Source: an uncultured archaeon (GTDB taxonomy: Archaea > Thermoproteota > Bathyarchaeia > Bathyarchaeales > Bathycorpusculaceae). Taken from it: a stretch of DNA of 64,000 nucleotides. Of the stretch, positions 10,208 to 20,782 are shown in pieces; the first letter of the stretch is position 1; every line of letters begins with the position of its first letter. A program made the position numbers and the translations under genes. The stretch lies in contig CAWALK010000015.1 in the NCBI GenBank assembly GCA_963782915.1, forward strand, positions 128,001 through 192,000, in the 5' to 3' direction. A model generated the notes under the pieces. The model had not been told where the DNA came from, made no database searches, and saw only the letters and a list, made by a program, of their open reading frames with translations.

Positions 10208-11455
10208 ATGGCAGTAACAGATGAAATAACCTCCATACTAGTGGAATTCATCAACAAAAACTCTGACGTCGCCGATGTCCAATGGGACAGACGCATGAGC
10301 CCCAGACTGCTTTTCAATCCCTACTCCGAGAAGTATGAAGAAAGAAAAATAATCGCCCACTACTTCCTGCTTGCCGCATCAATCTTGGATGACACAGTGG
10401 TTGGGTACCCAGAAAACGCCCGCATGTTACTGTGCTATTTGCATACAGCGTTTGGCAGCAGCATGTTTGAAATAAAAAAAGCCCACCTCTTCGAAGAAGA
10501 AATCGTAAAAGCAGACTTTTACCGCGATTTGGGACCAAACAAGAAAGCTGCCTCCGAAATCCTCGCATCCGTAAACTTATTCGTAAAATTGAAAGCCGAA
10601 CGCAACCTCCTCACGTATGCCCAAAAATTCCGTAAACCCAAAGATTTCATCGAAGACTTAGCACAAAACATCCCCGCACTCGGCGGCCCCCACAAAGACC
10701 GCGCTTGGGTTTACATGCGTTGGATGGTTCGCCCCCAACCTGACCTGCAAATTTATGATCACCTCTTGCCCGAAGACCTCTACGTGCCCTTAACGAAGGA
10801 AAACGTGAATGTGGCGGCAAGTTTAGGTTTAGTCTCCTCTTTTTCGCCTGTTTGGCGTGACGAACGCACAGAAGCCGAAGCGAGACAGAGATTAACTGAT
10901 TATGCCAAACGCCTTTTTCCCAAGGACCCCGCCAAAGTAGATTACCCCTTCTTCCTGTTGGGCAGGTGGCTGAAACAGAAAACATTAAACCGCTATACGC
11001 TCAAGGCGGCGCTGGATTTTTTGGAGCAGATGCAAAAAATCACTGGGCAATCGCAGGCGTATTACCAGAAAATGAGCCGCTACAAAAGCGGGTGGGAAAA
11101 GAAAACCGCCCTCACGCTGCTGCGCCTGCACATCCCCTATGGCTATGAAACCATCAGTTTTCCGTTGCCAAACGAAGTCTACACCCCCGACTTCATTTTA
11201 GAGCGCAAGCTTCAGGGCAGAAAAATCATCCTCGAACCCCACTTCGAAATGACCAAAAAACAAGCCCGCAAATACGCCCTATTCAAACGCACCTACGGCC
11301 ACGAATTCCTCCTCATACTCCTACTAAAAAACGACTTAATCCCCCTCTACCACCAACGAAAAATCTTAACCGACGACGTATGCGACGACGTATGGCCCAT
11401 CGAATTTATCCATTTACTAGCCGAAAAAATACGACGCGGAACATACGGACAATAA
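10208..11455 (+). CDS. DUF2400 (TIGR02757-like) domain fused to a C-terminal PD-(D/E)xK nuclease (T7 endonuclease I-like)
   Basis: RAWVYMRWMVR..DL..L.VPL and P.DPAKVDYPFF (DUF2400-like); RYKSGWE..YGYE..YTPDFIL..ILEPH (nuclease). Confidence 0.75.
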   Translation: MAVTDEITSILVEFINKNSDVADVQWDRRMSPRLLFNPYSEKYEERKIIAHYFLLAASILDDTVVGYPENARMLLCYLHTAFGSSMFEIKKAHLFEEEIVKADFYRDLGPNKKAASEILASVNLFVKLKAERNLLTYAQKFRKPKDFIEDLAQNIPALGGPHKDRAWVYMRWMVRPQPDLQIYDHLLPEDLYVPLTKENVNVAASLGLVSSFSPVWRDERTEAEARQRLTDYAKRLFPKDPAKVDYPFFLLGRWLKQKTLNRYTLKAALDFLEQMQKITGQSQAYYQKMSRYKSGWEKKTALTLLRLHIPYGYETISFPLPNEVYTPDFILERKLQGRKIILEPHFEMTKKQARKYALFKRTYGHEFLLILLLKNDLIPLYHQRKILTDDVCDDVWPIEFIHLLAEKIRRGTYGQ

Positions 11456-11595
11456 ACCAATTAACCAGAGTTTTAGTTTCATTGTTTGGCCTGTAATCTG
11501 AAATTGAAAATGTTTTCCTTTAGTGTTTGTTGAATAACAGGATTACTTTTAGGGGGTGGCTGGGTTGGTCGGAGTGGGCGATTGTTTGGAGAGAT

Positions 11596-11748
11596 TTAGT
11601 TTTTGTATTGGAAGGTGTAGTGGGTTTGTTGGTTGTTTTGGTTTTTTATGAATGCTGTGAAGCCGTGTTGGCTCATGCAGTTTTCTAATAGTTCTCGGCG
11701 CTGGCTGGGGGTTAGGTTTGTGACGTTGTAGGTTTTCTGTTCTGTCAT
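11596..11748 (-). CDS. Small hypothetical protein (50 aa)
   Basis: Manual translation MTEQKTYNVTNLTPSQRRELLENCMSQHGFTAFIKNQNNQQTHYTFQYKN; starts 9 bp after the upstream stop. Confidence 0.45.
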   Translation of the reverse strand: MTEQKTYNVTNLTPSQRRELLENCMSQHGFTAFIKNQNNQQTHYTFQYKN

Positions 11749-11757
11749 GGTTTTGGC

Positions 11758-11939
11758 CTATTGGGTTTCTTTGGGGTTGATGAAGGCTGCGACGAGTTTT
11801 CCGCAGTTGGGGCAGTGGATGTGGAGTCCTTTGTCGCTGTTTTGGTAGCCTGAGAGGTGGGCGTCCTTTTTGGGGATAATGCAGCCGCAGGTGCATTTCC
11901 ATACAGGTTGGGGTTCTTAAGCAGGTGGATGGTTTTCAT
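11758..11939 (-). CDS. Small zinc-ribbon protein (one frameshift)
   Basis: MKTIHLL/EPQPVWKCTCGCIIPKKDAHLSGYQNSDKGLHIHCPNCGKLVAAFINPKETQ; the 182-nt span is one base short of 61 codons. Confidence 0.55.
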
Positions 11940-12073
11940 TCTTAACACATTGGCATTGTTTCTATGCACCTATAATATAACTTTTACTTATTTTGCCTTA
12001 TTTGCCCAGTTTATGCCAGATATTTACAGATAAAGCCCTAAACAGGCCTACACGAGGGCTAACTAATGACAAA

Positions 12074-12245
12074 ATGGTTAAAGTAAAGTTAAAGCGTAAC
12101 ACCGTGACTGTAACCACCCGAGCTAATCCACTGGATCGATGAACAGGTTAAGCAGGGACACATTGCCGACAGGAAGCCACGATATAGTACAGTATCAGTT
12201 CATAAAGTCAAGGAGTTAATTGAGAAGGGCGAAATTAAATTCTAG
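12074..12245 (+). CDS. Ribbon-helix-helix-like DNA-binding protein (frameshifted or degenerate)
   Basis: MVKVKLKRNTVTVT / PELIHWIDEQVKQGHIADR...KVKELIEKGEIKF resembles CopG/RHH proteins. Confidence 0.45.
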
Positions 12246-12497
12246 CACCTATCACCTGAAAAAGCCTTTTTTGTTTTAATTTTTGTTTGCGAGGATTCAT
12301 AGATCCATGTGAAGCAGAGTGTAAGACTGAGATAAGGTGGTTGTGGTTGGTGGTTTGTGTGTTGGTGAGGTGAGGGAGTTGAGATAAGGGAGGGATGAGG
12401 GGAGGAATAAGCTGTTTTGGCAACAACTACTATAGAATAACCGTCAGTGACTTGTGGATGTATATATGGGTCTTTGATGTTGTTGTTTTGATTTGCG

Positions 12498-12866
12498 ATG
12501 CCATCCGAGAATTTTAAAGCCTACATTGTCTCTTTGATTCATGTTGAGGGTAAAACGGAAGAAGCGATTGAGTTGCTCTCAAAAGAGTACCATGTTTCGG
12601 TGCCGGCGTTGAAAGTGGGGTTGCCGAAAAAACATAAAACAACCGCATACGGATGCTACCAAGCAAACAACCAAACAATCAGCGTCTTAAACAGCGACAT
12701 ATACGTTAACCCGTTTGTTATTTTGCACGAATTCTATCATCATCTGCGGAGCAAAGCCGTGGATCACATGCATAAAGGCACAGAGGGTAACGCAGACAAA
12801 TTCGCAATGGACTACATCAAGCAGTACCAGTTGGCTGCATTAAAAGCCCAGTTGGGCACTCAATAG
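12498..12866 (+). CDS. Small zincin-like protein (HExxH)
   Basis: YGCY..NQTI, VILHEFYHH and downstream E..AD.FA. Confidence 0.75.
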   Translation: MPSENFKAYIVSLIHVEGKTEEAIELLSKEYHVSVPALKVGLPKKHKTTAYGCYQANNQTISVLNSDIYVNPFVILHEFYHHLRSKAVDHMHKGTEGNADKFAMDYIKQYQLAALKAQLGTQ

Positions 12867-13282
12867 AAATCTTCGTCATCCTTGCATTCTATCGGCGCCA
12901 CAATTTCGATGGGCACTTTGTCGCCGTCTGAATCGTAAGCTGCGATACAGTTTTTGCCCTCAAATGGAGGACCCACAATCATCAAAACCCTGCCGAAAAA
13001 ATAGTTCATATCCACATGACTCGGCGAAATATTGCCCGAAGGATGAGAATGCACCGTCCCAACCAAGCTAAAGTCACCAGAAAATAAGTAAGGGTTGAAA
13101 TGGACTTCGCCGTGGCCGTGCGCTGCAAAGGGCGCCAGAATTAAATCGTTAATCTCTATTGTGCCCTTGCGTTTCTTGCCCCGAAGCAACAGGAAACTTT
13201 CACGCGGAAAGAGTTCTTTGGCGCCTGCATAGATGGTTTCAAGTATGTTGCTTGGGATATGCACGGTTATTTCGGAGGTCAT
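12860..13282 (-). CDS. JAB/MPN+ (Mov34) metalloprotease
   Basis: PRE...VGTVHSHPSGNISPSHVD JAMM motif. Confidence 0.92.
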   Translation of the reverse strand: MTSEITVHIPSNILETIYAGAKELFPRESFLLLRGKKRKGTIEINDLILAPFAAHGHGEVHFNPYLFSGDFSLVGTVHSHPSGNISPSHVDMNYFFGRVLMIVGPPFEGKNCIAAYDSDGDKVPIEIVAPIECKDDEDFY

Positions 13283-13405
13283 ACGTGAACCTTTGGATTT
13301 GTATGTTAAGAACTTTGCCCAAAAACCCTTGCCCCCTTGAACTTTAAGCTAAAAAATTAGGTAAACATTTAAACCACAATCGCTGTAAAGTGTTGAATCG
13401 TCAGT

Positions 13406-13490
13406 GCCGGGATGGCAGAGTGGTTAACGCGCGGGCCTTGAGAGCCCGTGGACCTCCTGGTCCGCATGGGTTCGAATCCCATTCCCGGCG
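13406..13490 (+). tRNA. tRNA-Ser(TGA)
   Basis: GCCGGGATGGCAGAGTGGTTAACGCGCGGGCCTTGAGAGCCCGTGGACCTCCTGGTCCGCATGGGTTCGAATCCCATTCCCGGCG; long variable arm, G discriminator, no encoded CCA. Confidence 0.95.
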
Positions 13491-13500
13491 CTCTTTTGTG

Positions 13501-14097
13501 TTATATCAGTTTTTGATCGGTAACCGCAGATTTCAGGTGCACTGACACCTTTTTCGCAACCAAATAACTTATCGGAACCACATAAATTGGCACTGTAATG
13601 TTGTATAAAACTATGGCCGGCATTGCTATCAAGACGCTGTTGAATGCTTCGGAGATGCTCAAACCCGAAACTATAAACACTAAATATGGGAAAACCAAGA
13701 AATCCATAGGCAACATCAAAAGTGTCCTCGTAAAAACCGCACACACTGTAGATAAAGCCGCAGACTTTGCTTTAAAAAAAGGTTTATTCTGAATTCTCGA
13801 TTTAAGTATTCTTCCGAAAATATACACTCCAAGAACCATTGTTAAAACCGAAAAGAGATAGTATGGTGCGCCAATAATCCCAACCGGATTAGGATAAATT
13901 GTCATCGACACAAACATGTCAGCTATGGCGATGGTTAACCCGATTTTTATTCCAAAAAGAAGGAAGGCTATTACCAATATAATGTCGCCCAACTGATAGC
14001 TATAACCAAACAGGAAGGGTACTGGAATCCTCACAAGGTTCAATGCTGTTGCAAGAGCGGTGAAAGCAATTACTAAGCCCAATGTTTTGCTGTTCAT
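13501..14097 (-). CDS. ECF transporter S component-like membrane protein
   Basis: IPVPF..YQLGDI.LVIAFLLFG...G pattern, about 6 TM helices. Confidence 0.75.
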   Translation of the reverse strand: MNSKTLGLVIAFTALATALNLVRIPVPFLFGYSYQLGDIILVIAFLLFGIKIGLTIAIADMFVSMTIYPNPVGIIGAPYYLFSVLTMVLGVYIFGRILKSRIQNKPFFKAKSAALSTVCAVFTRTLLMLPMDFLVFPYLVFIVSGLSISEAFNSVLIAMPAIVLYNITVPIYVVPISYLVAKKVSVHLKSAVTDQKLI

Positions 14098-14179
14098 TGA
14101 TTCTCCCTATAACAGCTACTCTTACGAGTTATAGAGCATTAATAATTTTTCATACACTTATTTTCCAACACGATGAATG

Positions 14180-14668
14180 TTAAGGTGAAATACTAGCGAG
14201 TTCACGGCTCTTTTTACTCAAAACCTTTCCAAAATTCAACCCAATAGGAAAACTCGTATCGTTGATACAAGCTAACTCTACACGCTGCAAATGCGGAGCC
14301 CTTCTTGCCTCATTAACTAACGTCTGGATGCTTTTCAAATCTGTAATCGGCGCTATGGCTAAAATGTCATAAGGCCCCATAGTTTCAGTTACAACAATAA
14401 CGTTTTTTACGTTTTTAAGATAACCTATCGTTTCTGTCTTGTTACTGTTTGGTGAAAGAGTTATCAAAAGAAAGGCTTTACCCTGGTAACCGAGCTTTGA
14501 AAGATCAATAGATACCATTGACCCAAAAATTAAACCTTCTTTCACCATTTTTTCATAGCGTCTTCCAACAGTATACGGTGTTGAGTCAACCCTCTTGGCA
14601 ATTTCTACAAAAGATAACGTACCGTCTTGGAGTAACTCGTTTAGTATAAGATAGTCTAGTTTGTCCAT
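14180..14668 (-). CDS. Lrp/AsnC transcriptional regulator
   Basis: MDKLDYLILNELLQDG..S..EIAK HTH and RAM domain with GPYD. Confidence 0.92.
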   Translation of the reverse strand: MDKLDYLILNELLQDGTLSFVEIAKRVDSTPYTVGRRYEKMVKEGLIFGSMVSIDLSKLGYQGKAFLLITLSPNSNKTETIGYLKNVKNVIVVTETMGPYDILAIAPITDLKSIQTLVNEARRAPHLQRVELACINDTSFPIGLNFGKVLSKKSRELASISP

Positions 14669-14670
14669 TG

Positions 14671-15162
14671 TTATACGTCCTTTAAGGGAGCCAAATCCAA
14701 ATTGTTATAATTCAGGTACGGTAGACCCGACCAAACATTGACAATTACCTTTCGTACACCGAATCGTCTCCGTATGCTTTCGACTCTCTCGTTTAGAGTT
14801 GCTATATTTTCGGCATAGACTACAGCTGTTAAATCGTATGCTCCGATGCTCGTTGAAGGCTCAATCAGGTACATGTAATCTTTTAGGTATTGTAGTATCT
14901 CCTCGATGTTGGCATCTGTTTCCATTCCTATCGTTGCAACAATCTGGAATCCAAGCGGAGCAATCGGCGGAAAAACAGTCACGCCGGTTATTACACCAAT
15001 TTTTTTTAGGTGGTTGATTCGGTTCAATACAGATACCGCTGAAATGTCGCATTTTTTTGCGATTTCTTTAAGACTGGTGCGGGCATCTTCGATAAGCATC
15101 CTCAAAATTTTTTGGTCAATATCATCAATTTCAACGGCGGTGGTCATTGCTGAACCTGTCAA
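14671..15162 (-). CDS. Lrp/AsnC transcriptional regulator
   Basis: IDDIDQKIL..L..DARTSLKEIAK HTH, GAYD motif. Confidence 0.92.
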   Translation of the reverse strand: MTGSAMTTAVEIDDIDQKILRMLIEDARTSLKEIAKKCDISAVSVLNRINHLKKIGVITGVTVFPPIAPLGFQIVATIGMETDANIEEILQYLKDYMYLIEPSTSIGAYDLTAVVYAENIATLNERVESIRRRFGVRKVIVNVWSGLPYLNYNNLDLAPLKDV

Positions 15163-15668
15163 CTCAGCGTTACCGATTTAAATAAAGCTTCGCCACTTCG
15201 ATAGCTTAGAACCTGAAATTTTTTAAAAAAAAAGCATCTGGACGAACTAATGGGTCACTATTTTAAGGCTAAAACAAATTGGAATTAATAATACTGCAAT
15301 AAATATCTCTAACCTGCGTTATACAAAGAATCGAAATCAACTCGAGTCTACCCAAGGCTGGTAGGTCAAGAAATACTTCTGTTCGCAACATTCAGCTCGA
15401 TTTCATGCATTGAAGGCGTAATCTGCGGCTTTAGCGCTGTATACGTAGGCCTTGCAGAGGTTCTAAACGAAGCGGCATCAAAGGGTAATTTTACCTCTCT
15501 GGCCTAAGCAATAACCAATTTTTTTTAATTTTTTTATTGCTTGTATGTGTATTGACCCACTAACATAACGCTAAAATAGTCGGCTTCTGAGTTGGAGCTT
15601 GAATTCATAACTCATTTATAAGCAAAACAAGAACAAGCATTCGGAATCTGAATAACGAAGGGCTAGGT

Positions 15669-17159
15669 ATGACCGAAAACGATCAAAAGAAAATTACCGA
15701 GTATGAAAAGAAAATTGATACTCTCATAAAAGAAATTACAAAACAAAAAACAATAAACACCGAACTGATAAAGTCACAAGCAAAAGTATTGGAAGACGCA
15801 ATCAAAGGCGCCCAAGACATCGTAAAAAGCAACGAAGCTACAATAAAATCAAACCGCCACATTGCCGAGCTCGCAAACAGCGCTCAACAATCAGCCGTTG
15901 AAGTCTCAAAATTAGCTTTAGACACAACCGCTGTAATTGACAAGGTTGCAGTAGCCGCCAAAAGCGTCGGCGATGTAGCTGGAAAAGTCTTTGAAAACGC
16001 TGACAGCGCCACCAAAGCAAGCGGACGTGTTTTAGAGATGGGTAGACAAGCAGCCAACGTATCAAACCAAATGGCCATTGGCATGCAACAAGTCAGCACA
16101 GCCTCACAGCAAGTTTCAACAGGCGCACAAAAACTAGCTGACCTCGCTCAAGGTGCAGCTCGAAGTACCGAATCACTCAAGAAAGTAATGGATGAAGCAG
16201 GAATAATTGCACGCGAAGCAACCTGCACAACCGATGAAGCCCTTAAAAAATCGCGAGAAGCAAACGAGAAAAGCCAAAAAGGTCTCCAAGCAATCGAAAA
16301 CATCAAAGCCGACATAGCAAAAGTCGGGGAAGCAGTAACCTCCATGGTTAGCTCAGTTGAACAAGTTGGCGAAATGGCCAATTCCGTTTCTGATATTGCT
16401 GGTCAAACTAACATGTTGGCGTTGAACGCTGCCATTGAAGCAGCAAGAGCTGGTGAAGCAGGCCGCGGATTCGCAGTAGTCGCAGACGCAGTAAAAGGTC
16501 TCGCGGGTCAATCAAAAGAAGCAGCTGGATCATCCATTAATCTCGTAAAAGGCATTAAGGAAGCTGGCAGTCGGACAAGTGAAATCTCAAAACAATCTCA
16601 AGTAGGTGCACAGCAAGGAGCCAACATTGTATTAGGCGCAATAAAAGAATCTGAAGGAATCGCCAAAATCATGGGTGAAATGAGCGTAAAAGTCGGCAAC
16701 TTAACAAACGGCGTCGAACGAGGATTAGAAGCAATCACTTCCGTAACAAAAACCATTGAAGAAGTTGCAAGCATCGCCGAAGAAAGCAGTTCTGCATCAG
16801 AAGAAGCGTCCTCAGCTACCGAAGAACAAACTGCCGCAGCACAACAGATGGCTGGAATCGCAAAAGACGTATCTGAAACCGCTGAAGTACTTGAAAGCAA
16901 CTCAAAATCAGTCGTTAAAAGTGCTCAAGAAATGGCGCAATTAGCAACCGGCGTAAGCAACGATGCCGCAGTCGTAGAAAAATCCGCTAAAGAAATCGGG
17001 ACCCAAATAGAAAAAGTCTCCTCAGCAACACAATCAGTTCGCGATCAAGCTTTAGAAGCAGTGGAAGCTGCAGAAAAAACAAATGGTGACCTGCAAAAAC
17101 TCATAGACTACCGCACTAACCTCCTCAACGAATTAAAAACAAAATATAACGTAGAATAG
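15669..17159 (+). CDS. Soluble methyl-accepting chemotaxis protein
   Basis: [30 protein letters not shown] signalling tip; EE/EQ methylation-type pairs; no TM helix. Confidence 0.95.
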   Translation: MTENDQKKITEYEKKIDTLIKEITKQKTINTELIKSQAKVLEDAIKGAQDIVKSNEATIKSNRHIAELANSAQQSAVEVSKLALDTTAVIDKVAVAAKSVGDVAGKVFENADSATKASGRVLEMGRQAANVSNQMAIGMQQVSTASQQVSTGAQKLADLAQGAARSTESLKKVMDEAGIIAREATCTTDEALKKSREANEKSQKGLQAIENIKADIAKVGEAVTSMVSSVEQVGEMANSVSDIAGQTNMLALNAAIEAARAGEAGRGFAVVADAVKGLAGQSKEAAGSSINLVKGIKEAGSRTSEISKQSQVGAQQGANIVLGAIKESEGIAKIMGEMSVKVGNLTNGVERGLEAITSVTKTIEEVASIAEESSSASEEASSATEEQTAAAQQMAGIAKDVSETAEVLESNSKSVVKSAQEMAQLATGVSNDAAVVEKSAKEIGTQIEKVSSATQSVRDQALEAVEAAEKTNGDLQKLIDYRTNLLNELKTKYNVE

Positions 17160-17174
17160 GTAACGGCGAACACA

Positions 17175-17624
17175 ATGCAGACTGTAGTACAAACAGGCGA
17201 CTTACAAATCGTTAACTTCACAATCGGCGAAGTCAACTATGGCGTGCCAGTGGAACAAGTTCGAGAAGTCAGGGACATGCAGACGGTAACTCCCGTCCCA
17301 GGTTCCCCAGCTTTCGTCGAAGGAGTAACTAATCTACGCGGTCAAATAATCACTGTGATGGATCTTCGAAAACGCTTAGGATTACCTGATAAGAGCATTG
17401 CAAACGAAAAAATAATCATCATTGACCTCGGAAAACATGCAATCGGCGTAGTAGTTGACGCAGTTACTGAAGTATCAACGATACGTGGACCAGATATCGA
17501 GAAGAATTCAGAGGTTACCTCAACACTGGATGAATCAATATTAGGCGTTGGAAAACAAGGCAATCACTTAACCATCATTCTAGATATTGCCAAGACAATT
17601 TCTAGAGTGCAAAACACCGCTTAA
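17175..17624 (+). CDS. cheW: Chemotaxis adaptor CheW
   Basis: VTPVPGSPAFVEGVTNLRGQIITVMDL, GVVVDAV. Confidence 0.96.
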   Translation: MQTVVQTGDLQIVNFTIGEVNYGVPVEQVREVRDMQTVTPVPGSPAFVEGVTNLRGQIITVMDLRKRLGLPDKSIANEKIIIIDLGKHAIGVVVDAVTEVSTIRGPDIEKNSEVTSTLDESILGVGKQGNHLTIILDIAKTISRVQNTA

Positions 17625-17698
17625 ACCAACAGTAGCCAATAAACACCTAAAAAGCAAGCTTGCCTCAGTAAAATGAGGCAACGCTTGAATTTTGATTT

Positions 17699-18070
17699 CT
17701 ATTCTAACATTAAAAATTTCTTTACGAAATCTGTCATTTCTTTATTGAAATTCTGCATCATGGACGTTATTACGTCGTTTCCTTTTTCGGTTAATGAGTA
17801 GACTGTTTTTCTATTATCCGATTCACCCTTTATGAGCCCTTTGCGTTCCATCGAATATAGAGTTGCATAGACTGTGCCGGGGCTTAGAATACCGCCGAAT
17901 TTGTTGTTAACGAATGCTGTTACATCGTATCCACTTAGGTTGCTGTGTTTTTTCATTTCGATAAGGATTAAGATGTCTAGAAAGCTTTTGATTACGCGTG
18001 TTTCAATGTCTTTTGGAGTGTAACCGGTGATGAATTTGGATGATTTTTCGTTTTCTGTAAAGTCACTCAT
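17699..18070 (-). CDS. PadR family transcriptional regulator
   Basis: SGYD..SPGTVYATLYSMERKGLI..Y.LTEKG. Confidence 0.92.
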   Translation of the reverse strand: MSDFTENEKSSKFITGYTPKDIETRVIKSFLDILILIEMKKHSNLSGYDVTAFVNNKFGGILSPGTVYATLYSMERKGLIKGESDNRKTVYSLTEKGNDVITSMMQNFNKEMTDFVKKFLMLE

Positions 18071-18410
18071 TTCTATTTCGCCCTATGGCTTTCAGTTGGT
18101 ATGTTCGATAGCATCATTTAAGATTATCGTTTTAGAAGAGCGTTTGCAAGAATAAATAGTTAATGTTCAATTTTTTATCGCTCGGTCTGTTAAAAGTTAA
18201 AATTTTTTCTGTTGAATTTACTATTTAGCCCTTATATGCGACGTCTTTTTGAGTCATTTATTGCTTGATTATTCCATATTATGTCTGCGTTTTGCTGTTA
18301 ATGCTTCATTTTTTGGATATTTTTCATATTTAAAGTTACAGTCAGCACAAGGCTTAAAAATCTAAGCTTCAGACAAGTATTCGATAACCGAATATAGAGA
18401 GGAGACTTCA

Positions 18411-20685
18411 ATGCTAAAAAATAACTTTACAAGAAAAATAAAACTCAGCACGGATTTACCCCCACCTCCGCCGCCCCCACCACCAACATCTCCAAAAAAC
18501 CGCAAAAAACTCTTTGCCATCCTCGCAATCGCCTTAGTCATAATCATACTTGTCCCGACAATGCTTGTCTTTTCAGGTGCACTAAACTTCAACGGCAACA
18601 ATACAAACCCACCACCAACCCCCACTACAAATCCGACGAATTCTGTAATTTCTCCAGGTGTAACTACTCAGCCAACCACCAACAATATAGTCAGTATGAC
18701 ATCGGGTTCTAAAGTTACTGTTACCTCACAGTCCATTGGCTCCGGCGGTGGAACCATCCAAGTAACAGACACCTCAAGCCCACTCTATGGCCTCAAAATC
18801 GTTGTTCCCCCAGCAGCAACATCTGAAACTATCCAGTTCACCATAAGCTACGCAGACATCTCAAACATCAACGGTTTACCCACAGGCGCTTCCCCTGCAA
18901 GCAAACTTATAACCATCCACGCCACAGGATCAGCTGAATTCAACCAGTACGAAATGTTGGATAAACCAGTCGAAGTAACCCTGCCCTATGATTCAACAGC
19001 AGCTAACGATGATTCCTCACCCGTACGATTCTACTGGTACGACGCATCTAACGGCAAATTAGATTCAACCGGTTTTCTAAGCGAAGACAAAACAGCACAT
19101 ACCATAACATTCATGACTGCTTCATTCTCTGATTTTCTTGCAGTAGAATTAGACATTACCCTTTCACAGCTTGCCGGCGAAACTAACTACACAGTCGACA
19201 CGGGCTTTCGAGCCTCAACCAACGGCTGGTTCATTCCCAACTATGGCTCAGTGCAGACTCCGGGCGGTATGTGTCTTGGTATGGTTAACTACGCAAAATG
19301 GTACTACACCTACCACAGCTCAGACACAGGATTAAACGCTAAATACATCGAAGGCGACACCGCAGAGTGGCGAGACGACGCAACTGCAATTCAATTAGCA
19401 GCCCGAGCTCATCTAGCAACTAGCGGTATATGGAATTCACTTACACAAGAAGAAAAGGGCTGGGCAGAAGCAAACGCACGCGAAGTAGGTTTAAGCTGGT
19501 TATCCGGCATGATCGTAACCGGCGAGCCGCAATTAATTGGCTTAAAGGCTCGGGTTAACAATGGAACCTACTTGAATTATGCTCATGCAGTCATGACTTA
19601 CGGATACTCCGATGGATGCTTCCAAATCTATGACCCTAACTTCCCAGGTTCCAACTGGGGCGATAGAATGCGAACAATACCCTTCTCATACACTGACGGA
19701 TTTAACGAAACATACGTTTCAGGAACAACCCGTGCAGACAGCTTAGTCTTCAACATCTTCTACCATGCCGGCTCTAAACTTTCATCAACACCCAGCGACT
19801 ATCAAGGGCTCTACGATTCAGCTCAAAGCAAATTCCAAGGCAGCAGCACTTTCCCAACCGTAACCCTAACCGATACAAGCACAACACCCACAGGAACAAC
19901 TCCCACAGACACAGATAGTGACGGAATACGAGACACAACCGAAGCCAAAACAACAATATCCGGCACCATCACAGGCGGACAAGACACCATAAACTCCACA
20001 TTAGTCTTCGTTGACAACAAAAAATACACCTCACCAGTCGTTGACGGCGCATTTTCAGTCGAAGTACCCTTACTAACAGGCGACAACGACGTTGTAGTGC
20101 TCGCAACCGACAGTAACACTTTCAGTAACTGGGCAGGATTCCTCCGTGACACGATAAAATGCACTGCAAGCCCCGCTGCTCTAACAGTGACTCTTACTTG
20201 GGATCAAGACCAAAGCGACGTAGACTTACATGTGCTCGAACCAGGAACAGATGGACGCCACATATACTATAGCTACAAGGGTTATACAGGCACAAACCCA
20301 TACCTTGACTTAGACAACACCTACAGTTATGGACCAGAACATTACTATGCAATAGAAGGCTCAACACTTCCCGGCTCAACAAATCTCTATGGCACACTAC
20401 CAAGTCCGCGTTCAATACTACAGTGATAAAAGCGATGCAGATACCCCGCAAACAATCACTTGGCACCTAAACGTAAAGTATCTTGCATTCAAAAATACCC
20501 AGACTGGGCAGGAATATTGGGTTGAAGAATCACGAGACGGCGTTCTCTCAACACCCAACAGTTCTGGTACAGCAGATTTCACCGGCGGCGATGCATCGTG
20601 GTCAAGCATTTGGAACATTGATTACTCTGCGCCAAACATTTCGGACTATAACATTCCTGCTCCACCACAGAACCATTTTAGCTAA
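18411..20685 (+). CDS. Large membrane-anchored extracellular protein with C-terminal YfaP/DUF2135-like domain (frameshift ~20397)
   Basis: Poly-Pro plus TM; GMCLGM and HAV..YG possible peptidase-like core; VTLTWD..DVDLHV.EP..LDLDNT..YGPEH; continues in ORF 20389-20685 (YQVRVQYY). Confidence 0.75.
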
Positions 20686-20782
20686 AATTAGATTAGCCCG
20701 ATTTTTTGGGCTCCACTAACTTTTTTTATTTTTAATTAGAGTTGAGAGCGCGTTTGTTATTTATCAGAGACCTGTCTTGTTT

